Below are positions 11,279 to 26,200 of a stretch of DNA of 64,000 nucleotides, piece after piece. Both the position numbers and the translations under genes were made by a program. The stretch comes from Lytechinus pictus (Eukaryota). Where the stretch lies: the NCBI RefSeq assembly GCF_037042905.1, contig NC_087251.1, positions 46,378,001-46,442,000 of the forward strand, written 5' to 3'. The first letter of the stretch is position 1. Every line of letters starts with the position of its first letter. The notes under the pieces are model-generated. The model was not told the origin of the DNA and did not search any database. It saw only the letters and a list, made by a program, of their open reading frames with translations.

Positions 11279-14200
11279 GTAATCTGATCTTATATGACAT
11301 TTTAGAATTTTTATTTTTTTATTCATTAATAAAATATTTTTTAGATGAATGATACCTGCATTGCTCACTCTGTGTAACATAATATTTTTTCTTTAAAGTA
11401 CATACAGAATAGGATTTAGCCTTGAAATATGTCAGGATTTTTGGGGGGTTGTGAAAGTTTGGCAAACTCTTTTTTTATGGGGGGGGGGGGAGTTTTCACC
11501 TAAACATAGGCCTGCCTTTAAATATTGATCATGATCAATAAAAACAAGAAAAATGAAAATGTTTGATATAAGCACAGTGTCAAAAAAAAGTTCTTGTTTT
11601 ATCATATTTCCTTTTTCTTTGTTATATTGATATCTTCAATGCTGAAATACTTCCAATCCTATTCATTTAGTTCAGGCATAAAGCTGCCTTTTGCATAGCC
11701 TACTATATAGCACTATTTTATTTTCTTTGGATAGGGTTTGAAAATGAAGATTGTATTTTTTTCTTCAACAATTCTTCAATTGATTGATTGTCTTACTTTG
11801 TGTTTAGAAATATTGTTAATATTATTTCATTCAGTCTTCCAAGGCAAGACATGTTATGGACTGAAATAATTATGATACTCATTTAGGCTTTTCTTTGTAG
11901 TCTCAATTGAATGGAAAATTAATAGATGAGATGATTATTTAAATTATGATGGCATTATTTTTTATTGAATTCCTACTCGAGTAGATTTACTGTGCAAAAC
12001 ATAATGAAATGTGTTTCGTTAAAATTGAAATGTTTAGTGGCACTGCAGATAATGAAGCTTTTTTTTCTTAAATGTAATTAAATGACCAGAATATCAGAGA
12101 GAAAAGTTTAAAACAGATGATTTACAATTAAAATACATACAGTATAGGCTCTATATGATTTTCAAAAATTAGATTTGAGAATTGGTTTTAAACATTAGAT
12201 ATGAGAACATCTGATAAATAATATATCATTAGATATTAGATAGTATAAGTGGCAAATTCAATTTTGTTTGTTTATTTATATGACCAGGTACTTGACCTCA
12301 CGACCTCATCTTGCTGGGACACCAGCGGACAAGGAAAACGCTGAGTGGGTCAGGGATCGTTGGATAGAAGATGGGTTAGATTCAGCCAATGTTATACCTT
12401 ACAAAGTACTACTAAGCTACCCCAGCGTTGACGAGCCTAATTATGTAAGTAATTTGTTTTTCAGACATTCAGTTTATTTTAGTCCCAGCAAGAGAAAGAA
12501 AAGAATATAGTTCACTACAAATCAATGGAACATTTGAGATTCATTATCATTTCAAATAGAGCAATTTTGCTCATTAATTGCTGAGATCATTCTAATTATT
12601 TTTTCTATATTGTGTTTTGAGAAAAACTGAAAGGAATGGATGGATCCAAAGATCCATTATTATCCAAATCACATTGAATTGATAATGATTTTTGTCCGCT
12701 TTCTCTAAAAGCAGGTTACAGCTATGATCAGCTTTCCCTTCACGTCTATATCAATTTGACCATCTGCCTACAGAAATCAAATTGTTTCCAGTATTTGCTT
12801 TATAGGAATGGGAAAATGAGATAATGCAGGAATTAGTGGATTTAGTTAGTAACCACTAACACTTTATAGAACAAATTAGCCATTAATAACGCAACACTCC
12901 TGGAATTGTAATTTGCTTTTCCTTATGAGGTGTTACAAGAAAGATGCAACAAATCGCAATTTCACAAGTCAATTTCTGGTCCCAAAATCAACTTAAAGAC
13001 ACACATTTCATTTCAAATTTACGATTGATTGATGGTCTCCTTCTTGCATCAACAAATATAAATTGATTTGCTTTGGTTAAAATTGATCTATCACTTGTAA
13101 ATTTGCATCCGAGCTTTGCAATTGATTGCAAACATATTCTTACAACCCCCCCCCCCCCCACAGGCTGATCTAGGTAGCAGGTCAAATCACTATTTACTAC
13201 AAATATTGAATACTTGTTTCCATTATTGGTTTGTTTGGTTGTTACTCCCATAAACGCTGCATGTGGAGTCAAACATGAAGCTGACCCCAAACACTTTGGG
13301 GTCAATGTTTGAGGTTAAATTTTCAAGATTGTTTTGGTTGTGGCCTAATCCTATTACATCAGAAAAAAAAATAATGTTTTCAATTTTCACAAAAGTCATA
13401 TCACAGCATATCTTTATTGGTGTCACCCAGTTCCCAGGTGATGTGTTAAGCATTATATGATTTAACAGTAATGATGATAATAAATATTTCTTGTATAGTA
13501 CATATCATATTATGATTATAATGTCTCTATGCGCTTCCAGAGGACTTGGATATTATTATCCTGGCTTTCGCTTGGCGGCCATACAGCACACAAGCATTTC
13601 AAGGAATAAATTCCTGCCAGGTACCTATTTACCTCGATCACTTGGGTATAATGCAGCACAATGTGGATAAATTTCTTCCTGAAGGAAATTACGCCATGGC
13701 TGGGATTTGAACCCATGACCCGTAATAATTAATCATGAACTAGAGAGTAATTGAACTAAATATGGTCACGCTCTAACCATTTTGTGATTATACTTCATCA
13801 TCTTTGCAAGTGCTTGCACTGATCTTTTAACTTTTATTTCATCTACTTGTGTGGAAATAAAAGCAGTCATGATCAAGTTAAGACCACCCAAATACTTCTA
13901 TGCCATCCGACATCAATCTTTATCAAAGAACTGCTTTTGCACAATGAAATTAAACAGTGACGCCACAGTCACACCCGTGAAACGACCCCAGACTGACCCA
14001 ATCTATTATGTTATTACCAATATGACATCGGTTGGTGTAGAGTCTGTTTCTTTGGTGTGAATGTACTTATTAGGGACTGTGTCATAAAACTTGTTAAAAT
14101 GAACAATTTGCAATAACAGTTTAAAGCTACTGAAATCATCTGATTTGATTGGCTGATAGTAAAGTTGTTGTAGAAATTGTGCATTTTTATCATAACAGGT

Positions 14201-17200
14201 CTTTTATGAAACAGTGTCCCAGGTCATGAAAGCACCTTGTCCCTTCCAGGGTACCTGTGGGGGAATTAGGTTTACTATTTGACAAATGTTCTCTGTAAAT
14301 GCTACCTGCTCGCATGATTGGACCTGTCTCTTTTGATACTGGCATGAGTTCAGTTGAGTCCCTACCTGTTGCGGAATATGACAGACATGCCATCTGTTTC
14401 CTTTCAATATAGTGAGTAAGGTAGTTTCATCGTCAAAGTCAAGGATATGCTAAGTGCAGGTGAATGTAAGATAACAAGTGTATGTTCAACAGGTGTCCAG
14501 TGACTCCTGCTTTTGGCTTCTAACCTGTTTTTATCCGGTTTATCTGAGTACATTGACTTTTTATGTTTTTGTTTTTATTTTAAAATTATGATAGAAATAA
14601 GGAATGATGACATTTCCATATTCTTAGGCCTTTACAATATTTTTTGTCATTTATCTGTAGTACATTGACATGGTAGAAATGTTTGTAAAAATTTATATAA
14701 GGTCTGGAAAGACAGACTAGATGAAATCAGTGGCGGGCCAACGCCCCCTAATTATAACCCCACATGGCAATGCAAGTCTATTTGTCTGGGTTTTTTTTTT
14801 TACTTACTTTCCCTAGGGCATAAAAATATGTTTTTCTTGATGTGTCAATATATTTTGTACAAAGGTAGTTTGTCTATACCTTTGGAAAATGCTCTAGTGA
14901 ATTATTTCTTTCTAATCGTGAAATCCATGTTGATAGTACAGGGAGGCTGTGTTTATGTTTGATTTATATGATAGTATCAAATATAAGTATAATTGATATG
15001 TGCAAAATAGTTTATTCTGTATATTTTAGGGAATTAATGAATAATTTTTGATGAACTAGAAAGGATACTGCCACATCCCTTGATATAAGGTTTTATTGTC
15101 TCGCCTGCGTAGCAGAGCGAGACTATTGGCGCCGCTCTTCTAACGGCGGCGACAGCGTCACCATCAAATCTTAACCGAAGGTTAAGTTTTTGAAATGACA
15201 TCATAACTTAGAAAGTATATGTACCTAGTTCATGAAACTTGGACATATTGGTAATCAAGTATTACTGAACATCTTGCCTTGGTTTCAGGTCACATGACCA
15301 AGGTGAAAGGTCATTTAGGGTCAATGAACTTAGACCATGTTGGGGGAATCAATATCGAAATCTTCATAACTTAGAAAGTATATGTACCTAGTTCATAAAA
15401 CTTGGACATAAGAGTAATCAAGTATCGCTGAACATCCTGTGCGAGTTTCAGGTCACATGACCATGGTCAAAGGTCATTTAGGGTCAATGAACTTTGGTCA
15501 TATTGGGGGCATATATTGAATTACCATCATAACTTTGAAAGTTTATGGAAAATGACATGCGGTTTAGGCGTAATCCAGTATCATTGCTCATCTTGCACAA
15601 GTGGTAGGTCATTTGATCAAGGTCAAATGTCATTTGGGGTCAATGAACATACATGTACATGTAGTAGCATATTATATGAATGGAGTTTTTTGTGAATAAT
15701 TATTTTATAGTCATTTTCAAAGTCAGCACTGCTTCTATATTGAATTGCGCAATGTAGGTGAGACTGTCAGAGGCGCTCCACTTGTTAGAGAATATATTTT
15801 GTTTAAAAAAAGAATATTCAGATCATTATCGTTTGTAGTTTTGTATGTCTTGATAAAAATGAGAAGAAAAAAATATGTTAAAAGAAGATGAAGAAATAGC
15901 AAGTTTTAGGGGGAAATATTTTATTTCAAAAGATAGGTCCAAGATGGAATATTGATAATGTGCCTTGATGGCTGACAGCATCTACAAGCACATCTATGCT
16001 ACTAATGCCCTTGTTCACAAAATCACTTATTAAACTTCTGTTGTCTCAAAATGTTTATTCAAAATGATTTTTTTTTCTTTTAGGAATAGCTTCATGTATA
16101 ATGTTATACTCTCTGTGATTTACATCTGGTTACAGCCATGAGGGAAATGAATCTTTCAAGTATTTCCAAAGTGATGATATTCATTATAAAACACTTGTTC
16201 TTACTCTGTGTCACATCTACCCACAAATTTGCTAGATGTACATCTATATATGTCTATGTAGCGTCCACATTTTCCAAACAGCCACAGACTACTTATTAAT
16301 TGCTTCCGCAATTAATTTCAAACTTTACTAAATTCCGTTCTTATGTGGGTTGTTTGGTGTGTTTATTTTTTTTTGCCTCACTAAAATAATTTATTGATTG
16401 CCTTTTATAGTAATTAACCGGCTTTATGCCTTGTACCAATATATTATACATTATTTTCAATTAATTATTTTTGCTTTGTCAAGGTCTACATATTGAATAG
16501 CAATGGTTCAGTGTATTTCCAGTCAGCAAGAGAAGAAGCCCCTTTGGAACAAGGTGATTTAAAGGATGGTACGGTCCCTCCGTTCAATGCTTATTCTGCT
16601 AATGGCACTGTTATGGTAAGTATCAAAGCCAATGATAATGTATTCCTCAATAAGTGCCACCCAAACAGATGAGCCATGGCTGATGGTCATTTTTGTCTTT
16701 CTTACGTGGGAAGACAGCCAATCCGTTAGATGCTGGATAGTGTGGAGAAGAGGTGATGTGCCTTTATCCCACCGCTGCCACCATAAGTAAGCTGGTGTTG
16801 TACTACGAGAACTGGGTTGCATCTTACAAAGAGTTACGATTGATCAGAATCAGATCAATCACAACTATTGAAAGCCAGTAATCTCAACATCTAAATGCAT
16901 GTTTGTTCAATATATTTTGTAGATCTGATGTATGCTTATACATTCACTGTTTTCTTAAAAATCAATGCACTTCTCTTTGTTTACCAACGACATTGTACCA
17001 CATTCGTGTAGAAAAAAGTTATGACATCGATGGATTTCGATATAGTTGAGGTTGATGAGATCGATTTGCACTCTTTGTAAGATGGAGCCCATGACTCAGA
17101 GATTGTGGTATTTGGTTAACATAATGCTTTGATTCAGACCATCAAGTCACTAGCTACAAGTTGAGTGAATGAGTATCAATACTCATATTGTATTCGTAAC

Positions 17201-20200
17201 GGCAAGAGGTGCAAACTTTGTCACACGAAATTCTCATCAAAGTCAAACCCTCTACTTGTGTAAATTAAAGTGCCACATCTGATAATTCTGTTTGCCTTTT
17301 TGCCATCATTTATCCAATAGAAATATCTTCTGGTAAGTTGAAATGCAATTTGTATTCTTTTGTCTGTTGCTGTGCCCAGGACAAAAGTTATTTATTTTTG
17401 TTTTCAGTGGCTCCTTTTCACAACCGAATGCCTAAATCTGCAACATTGGTTAAGCTTTAACATTGTAGTGAATGGCGAATTATGGGGTTCTTTTTGTATT
17501 TTACAGGATTGTATTAAGCATTTTGGGGACAAAATGGCCCCAAGCCCCAGTGTATTTTTTCCCCTGCTGCTGCCAATGTTTATGGTGGTAATAATTGTGT
17601 TGGTAATTTTAATGATTATGAATAGAATAATTTTTAATAACTTCTTGTCCTCATATTTCATTTATAGGGAGATCTAGTTTATGTAAATTATGGAAGGATT
17701 GAAGACTTCCAGCAACTGACTGGAGAACTGGGTATTGACTTGACTGGAAAGATAGCCATAGCGAGATATGGAAAAATATTCAGAGGAGACAAAGTAAGTA
17801 ACATGCATATAATTTTATTATTGTGATGATGATTTTAGGTTTGATATAGAAATATACACAGAAATTGCTAGGAAACTAGTACGTTTATTAAATTTCAGAG
17901 CAATGAGCACTAGTCTCTTAATGATAATATTTCGAACCATCAATCAAATCACCTGTCCTTTGGAAATAATTGAATGTAAATCTGCAATATAACATGAACT
18001 AAGATTTTATCTATCTTCAGAAGTAGTTTTAATGAAGGCGGACCAGTTAAGAAAAGCCAAAATAGTGACAATAAGTATATCCATGTAAGCATATTCTAAT
18101 ATAAACAGGAGATGTAAAATTAACCCAACCAAGAAATTGTATTATAAATATTTCAGTCTGTAAACATCTCTGCCAACGACTCCCATATGTACATAATATA
18201 GTAGGCCTATTAGGGATTGTGTAAATTTGATTTTAGCTCTGATAGCGGTATCAGAACAGAAACAGCTCATCCATGGGGAGTATGCATACTATCTGATTAC
18301 TTTATATGATGATATGGACCTTGGACTTGATGTGGTTGAGCTTTGTTATCCTTCCTGAGTCATTCCACTTTTACAGGGGTGCCAAAAAGATAGTGAACCC
18401 CACCAGAAAATGCACTCCTTCATGCTGAGTGTTGATGTAGACAACAACACTACATTGTCTGGCGAGCCCAGAGAAACAAACTATTCTATCACCTGACTTC
18501 ACAATTAGATATCCAAGACATGGCAGAACCTGAATACTTTTAAAAATGTTCATTTTCTGGTGTGTTCATCCCTCACCAACTCTTTAGCACCACTTACATG
18601 TATATGTATAAGACCTCTTTTAGATTTAAGCAGCAATAAAGACTCCTTTGTTTCGTCTTGAATCTGATATTGGGCTATATGACTTGAATATTGTAATATA
18701 ATCCATAGTGTAGTAGCCGATGTTTGTTTATATAAATACTTTAATTGTATTTATAAGACCTCTTTTCAACTTATGCTGGGCTTTAAATACTACTTAGTGT
18801 TGGTTGCATAGTTCACTATATCATATGAATATTTTGTTTTATTTGTCTAATATTCAATATGACCTAATTATTTCATTTACATGATATGATTATGATATAA
18901 ATACCCTTTTTCAATTTCATATTACACTGTGATATAATTCACTCTAGCATCACATAATGTAAGCTATATACCAATTCATTTCACCTTTCTGTCCTTCATC
19001 TCAGATATCTGTACCATATGTTTTACATTGTGTATATATGCTCATTTGCTGAACATGGTTATTTCTTTGATTATGTTTAATATAAGCCGCAGTAGATTGT
19101 AACAATTGTTACATATGAAATAAAAGCAAAGTTACGAATAAAACAACCCTGTAAATTTATGATTCAACTGATATATTGAAAATGTGGGGATGCAGAAGTA
19201 TTGGCCAGTTCATTTAGTTTTGTTGTGAAATTAATGTGCAGACTTTGGTCTGGACCCTGGGGCTATGAAAGAAATGGGGTTTTCTTTGATAAATATTTAT
19301 CATTTTGAGTTTTTTTAAATACAATTTTTTTTGTGTTATGTAGTTAAAATTTGCATAGAGTGGTGTGTTCTAAGATCATTCATGAAACTTTACTTTACAA
19401 ATGATTAAATACGTCATTAAGAATAAGTTTGATTATGGTGAAATTTTGTAATAGTAATACTTTTAACAAATATCAAAGTGAAAAGAAGGTTATTTGATTA
19501 TTTCCCCAAATTTTATTATTAAGAGTGCAGTTGTACTGTACTTCAAAATGTAAGGAAAAGTTTGTCTACGTTTTGGCACTTCGCTTTGAAGTCATGTGAT
19601 TTCACAAACATCTCCTTGTTGGAACTATAGAATATTATTAAAAAACTTTATCACTGCACGGAGATTTTCTAAATTGTATTAATAAAGTTCTGATAAAATT
19701 TTAACTACATGTATTATTCACAAAATTTGTATGATGCCATGTTTTTATAGAAGCAATGCAACTTCTTTTCTATAGTATTTCAAATAAACTTATTGGCCCG
19801 AATTCACAAAGGTAGTTTTGAAAACCCACGGTTTAGTCCATGGTTTATGCAGATTTCATGAATAAATTACGCTTATTTTACCGCGTATATTAAAAAATGT
19901 CCAATGCTGATGCGTGCTTTTGTCACAGTGCACCAAATTAAAGCCTGTTGCCGTGGTTATCCACGCTATTTTATTCATGAGTCCACTGTTTTGAATTAAT
20001 GAGTCCTCTCTTTAAACAGTGGACTCAGGAATAAAATAGCGTATCTAACCACGGTAACAGGCGTCAATTTGGCGCACTGTGGCAAAAGCGCTCATCAGCA
20101 TTGGACATTTTTTATACATGAGAACTATGCTCTCGGTAAATATTATAATTTGATGAGGTCAGGCTAACGTCTGAGATCACCTCTCGGTAGAACCTTACAA

Positions 20201-23200
20201 CTTTGTAAATTCTTTTGTTCCTGTTTCAATTCGTACATTTAATAGCCATACCTGAAATAGTATTACCCCCCCCCCCCCTGTTTTTATCTTAATGTTACTC
20301 TTTGATTGTTGATTTCTATAATGTTTACGTATATATGTATCAGGTAATCTTTGTGTGCATCATACAACATTCCAATTCATTTTGTGGGAACAAATTGACT
20401 TTCCATTGGTACTTGATTGCGTCATGGACAATAAAAATATCTGAATCTGAATCATTGAAAACAAAGTTAATTTTATTTTTTGCTGAGTTTTGTTTCCTGA
20501 CTTGCTCTGTTTTGTACCACTTTTATGACGCAATCAAGGCACTGATATTCAACTATCAGATTAGTAAGCTTCTTCATGAAACATATATTATTTACCCATA
20601 GATTACATCTGCTTTTTTTCCATCCTGTTAGAATTGTGCAGTTGAGCATGTAGGTGTAATATTTGCTTGAACATCCTTTCCTTTCTGCTCTATCTATCTT
20701 TCTATCAGGCTGAACATGCAACAAAATACGGTGCGGCAGGTCTCATCCTGTACTCCGATCCCGCCGACTATGCCGTTGAGAATGACCTGGGGGTGTACCC
20801 CGATACCTGGTACCTCCCCGGTTCAGGCGTGCAACGAGGTTCCCTCCACATCCCAATGGGCCTTGGGGGTGACCCCCTTTCCCCAGGATACCCTGCTTAT
20901 GGTGAGCATCCTTTACCTTCCAACACCGCCGTCATCAGGCCCCCCCCCCCCTCCCCCCCCAAAAAAAAATCATTTTATGAAAGAGGACATTTTTCAACTA
21001 AATTGCATCTTGAAAGTCTATCTTTGTGCAAGGCAAGCTTGCTATCATTAAGCAGTTCCCAAAAGCTATCTTCAGCAGCTTCTCATTTACAATAGCTTTC
21101 ACGCAATCTAAAGAGCATATTCCTCATCAGAACCTGTCCCCGAAATATGCAAAGCTTAGCGGTTGATCGTGAGGCTGGTTTTTTAAATTGATCATATGCA
21201 ATTATCAAATCAATCATGGACATCCCCCCCACGATCTGTCGCTTCGCTTACCTATGAGTATACAGGAATTGTTCTGTGTTTCCTTGATAGGCCGAGGAAG
21301 CAGCAGCCTTTGGGGCTGTTGGGTTGATACTGTACTCCGACCCTGCTGACTACGCCGTAGAGAATGATTTAGGGGTGTACCCGGACACCTGGTATTTACC
21401 AGAAACAGGTGTACAAAGGGGGTCACTGTACTCTTATCAGAGTGTAGGAGGAGATCCCTTAACCCCTGGTTACCCTGCATATGGTATGTCATTTTAATAT
21501 TAGGCTAGCATTTACCCTCTAAGAAACATTCTGTTTTGCCAAGATGTGACATGTCTTATAGAAATCACGATGATCCTATGTTTTTGCCAGCACTATTTGG
21601 GACAGAGTCCGATGGATCCAATGATTTTTTTTTCTATGTACCTTTTGAGTTCACCACATTGAGAGTCTGGTAAAGAGACTGAGTTAAGATATTTGGGCAT
21701 GAGGTTTTCCTCTGTATTTCAAAAATTATTTGTTTGCACTCTTTTTTAAAAACATTTTGAGTACTGTAAATGTATTAATGAATGGACAGTATGTAAGAAA
21801 ACTTCACAGTACTGCATTATAATCCAACTCAAAATTTGAACTTTGTGCCGATAACATAATAGAGGGTACGCATAACAAAAGCATCCCTCATAAAAGAAAG
21901 TAATAACTGACCCAACAGGTAAGATTTCTCTTCATTGCCAATTCGGGATCTTTACAAAAAGATGATTTGTGTAATTTTGTTGATGGTGCCAGATTGAAGC
22001 TACTCAGAAATATTCACTCTCCTGGATTTATAATGATGATAATTGTGATTAGATTAGATGAGCAAAAACAAGAAGTACCATAGTGCTTGCAAAGTCTGAA
22101 AAATAATAATCCCATTTAAAATAATAAACACAATCGGTCATTAAAGATAAATAGAGAAATTAATTATTGAGGAAAAAGGTATGTTTTAATGAAAGATTTG
22201 AAGCCAAGAATACGAGCACTGGAAGCATACTGGAAGCAGCTACTCATAAGCAGTCTCGGATGAAGAACATAAATGAATACTTAAATTTTAATATGCAAAT
22301 TTTTTTTTCACCGTTATTGTACTTACCATGGAAACCTTGATTGTGATTGATTTTTTTCACCCTGTTACCATGGTAATTTCCATAATGCAAGGTAGCAATA
22401 GTTTTAACTCTTTAGGAACAAGCCCCAGAACGAAGTTATATATTTTTGTATTATTATTATTTTTCTAGAAACGGCATATAAGACTCCTGAAGATGCTGCT
22501 GGCCTCCCCACCATCCCTGTTCATCCTATCGGCTATGGTGACGCCAAGAGGATTCTTGAGTATGTATACATTTTGATTCAGGTTCTTTATCAAACTCAAA
22601 TACATTAACTTGCAAAAGTAAAAGAAAAAACAAGAATGGATATTGTTAATGCCTGCAATATAAAATGCTAGTTGTTTAAATTTCCAAGCACATTGCTCAA
22701 GCTAGACTTGTTAAACTTTTTAACAATTGTTTGAATATTTTAAACAACCTGTTTTAATGTTTAAACAACCTGTTTTAAAGTTTAGAGTTAGAGTGAAAGG
22801 CTTGAACAATATGCTTGAAAATTTAAAGAGCATTTCTACATTTTTTAACAGTGTGAATCGAAAAGACTCACAGGAGGCCAATCAAAAAGGCAGCCCATTT
22901 TTTATTTTACAATGCATCACTCAAAAAAAAAATTGTTCTGAAAATGGAAATTGAAGTTGGTTAATGTGCATGCTTAACATATTGGACATATTGAACAAAG
23001 AGCTGTCTTCGTATTCTTAATGTAGAAGGAAAACGTGTGAATTATCACATTCAAGTCCATGGCCAGGTGAAGAATACATGTTACATAGGCCTACCGCTAA
23101 CCGTTTAAATCTAGAGTCTCCACAAAAGCGTAAAGCAAACTGATATAAAAGCACCCCCCCCCCCATGGAGCATGCGGTCAAAAGTGTTTTGTAATCATTT

Positions 23201-26200
23201 GTACATGGTTTTTTTTACATACTGCTGAATATCTTTGGTATATATCCTACCATAAACAAGTGTATATATAGAATTCTGTAGTGGAAGTATTTTGTTTTTA
23301 TGTTGGTTTTATAATCTCCAATGGGTCGTGAAATTTGGAATCATATACCAGCTATATAGTGTCAACCAGACTTTACTTTCAATCTTATCCAAAGAGCTAC
23401 TATAAGTAGATATTCAAAGATAGACAAACAGATGTTTTTTCCCTTTGTACTTTGTTAATTTACAGTATTAAACCTTGTCGTAAAGCAGAAAATGTACGAA
23501 GGATATAGCAATAATCTTTTTCAAGATAAGACAAAGATTTGTAGTGTAATTTTATGTTATCACATTGGGTCTCACCATATATTTGGAAATCGTGAAAAAC
23601 CTTTGCTTATGTTGCTCTGTAAAAGTGTAAAATTATTGGGTAAATTTTCATTTTTACTTCATTAAATGACAATCTAAACCTTGCCCTTAAGCAGAAAATA
23701 TCTTGCGAAAGATATAGCAATATCCTTTTTCAAGATAAGGCCATTATTTATAGAGTTGTGGATGAAATTTTATGTAATCATATTGGTACTCATCTTTTTT
23801 TAAATCATAAATGATCCATTGTACAGCTCGGTAAACCAGTTATGCAAGTAGATCTTTTTAGAACTATCTTTTTTACTTTGTCAAATGACAATCCATCCTT
23901 TTCATTAAGCAAAAAAACTAATAATAAGAGATAGATATAGTTTGTTTTGTTTTATTGTAGGAGTGTTATATTTTGAAATGCAATATTTCTAAAACGACAT
24001 CCTTTTCATTTTAGTAATTTTGTTGCAACTTGTTACATAGTACCTACATGTAGGCATATTGATTTCACTTCTTGTGTGGAGTGCTGTTGATGATATAAGA
24101 GCATGAATTATCTTGAAGGTAACTGCCAAATAATACATTTTAATACGAATGGGAAAGAAAAACCCATTGAAATTAACGATTCATACAAAATGAATTTAAA
24201 AAAAGAATATTTGTCACCGGTACTGGAAATTCTTGTTGTTTTCTGTGTTTGTTGTAATGTAAAGCTCTCTACTAAACATGGGAGAAATTCCAGGGAATGG
24301 GCGGACATGTCCCCTCATATTTTTAGATTTTGTACAGCAGTCTATGGGATTGGTCTTGCTGCCCCCACCCCCTCAGCCTGCCGTGATCAAAAGGCTGAAG
24401 AAATCACTGCATGTGTTTAATATTTTTAAGATTAGATTTCCTTCAAATATTTCTTTGATGTATAATAATAATAATAATAATAATAAAGGTATATTTACCC
24501 AGGGTAGCCACTTCAGTTCCGAAAACTGTTCTCCCAGCGGGCCCTGCTATTATTACCCGGCTAAACTAGGCTACCTATTCGGTGCACACAGCTTTTTCAG
24601 GAATTACTTCCTGTCGGTACCCATTTACCTATCAACTGCCATGTGCATTTATTACTTTACCATTGTGTAAACTTGAAGAATTCCCCTTTCTTTGGATACT
24701 TCTTTAATAGACAACTTGGAGGCACGGAAGCACCTGCTGACTGGCAGGGGAATATTCAGAATCTGACATACAAGCTAGGACCCGGTTTCACAGGAGGAAG
24801 GTGAGTTAATTGTAAATGATTACTGATTCAGATAGTCCCAGGGTGGTGAAAGAGGAGAGTGACATCCAGGAATAATATCTAATTGGTCAGTTAGTTCTCT
24901 ATGTTCATTTTATTTATGGACCCAGGGAGGAAGTGTTATATATAGTCAACCCATGACGTTTATGCACCCGATGATAGTGTAGCACTTAATTCATTGACTA
25001 CTGGGGGCATTTTGTTCCTGCACTGACACTCAAGCCTGTTTCTCAGCCAATCAGAATCAAGAAAAGTTTTTACATTTGGCAGTTTATTGGACCGAAATGT
25101 TAATAACACTCTATCCAGAGTCCATTAAATAAATTGCACGCTTTCTGTAGATTACACTGGTTTAGCAAATATTTAAAATTCTTCCTTTTATAGCTGTTTT
25201 TTAAGACTCTTCCCAAAGTTGGTTTAGTAGTTAACTTTCTAAAATTAAAAAGGACTTTATTTGTTTTCTCTTACTTCAAAATATAGGGTAAGTAGTTGAG
25301 AAATTACATTCAGCGGGAAAAGGAAGATGATTTGAATCATATATACATGTATATAAATAGAGAAGTAATGTTTAGAAAATGATTTGAATCATACATACAT
25401 GTATATAAATAGAGAAGTAATATTTAGAAAACAATTTGGTAGACCAAAGACTAAAGAAACCTATGTTATTGGCTGGTAGTTTATAATATCAAGGTTTTCC
25501 CCCACTCCCAAAAATAATTTAAGGATTATCAGGGTTCTCACAGTCATGGAAATCGTGGAAAAATTTGTGGTCATGGAAAGACAGGGAATTTGGAAAATTT
25601 GAGAAAAGTCATGGAATTGCATTTACCTCTTAGCTATGGCAGCTTTCCAGTTTGTTGTGTGTTGCAACTCATACTCTATGATCATACTCTGCTATTTTAA
25701 TTGGTGTTCATGATTTCCATTTTTCCCAGTTTTGTAACATCCTACCTAACTCGTGGGACATCACAGGAAGTCATGGAAAGCAGCAATTTAGTCATGGAAA
25801 AGTCATGGAATTCTGTTTTTAAATTTCTGTGGGAACCCTGATCATTATTGTTTGCATATTGTTGTTTTCTATACAATCTTGTTATGAGTTTCTCCATTGA
25901 TATATTTAGAAAATGTATTATGTATGATCTTTTGAAACCTAGAACCAAAGCAATTCAATTAATCTACCATCCAATAAAAAAAGTTTATTTTTTATTTCTG
26001 TTTGGTTGTTAGCAGTGATAATTCCCCTTGACTAGCAAAATATCTTTTAAGATTTACCTGAATGATTTTAAAGTTTAGAGTTAGAGGGAAAGGCTTGAAC
26101 AATATGCTTAAAAATTTAAAGAGCATTTCTACATTTTTTTAACAGTGCGAATCGAAAAGATTCACGAGAGGCCAATCAAAATGGCAGCCCATTTTTTATT

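Noticed and set aside
18230..18560. Higher-complexity patch in intron 4 as a possible third exon-5 copy
   Set aside because: No LYSDP- or GDPL-like translation was found by eye; identity unknown
21291..21483. Exon 5b as a dead pseudo-exon or assembly duplicate
   Set aside because: Intact splice sites and frame, predominantly synonymous divergence and unrelated flanking introns argue against both
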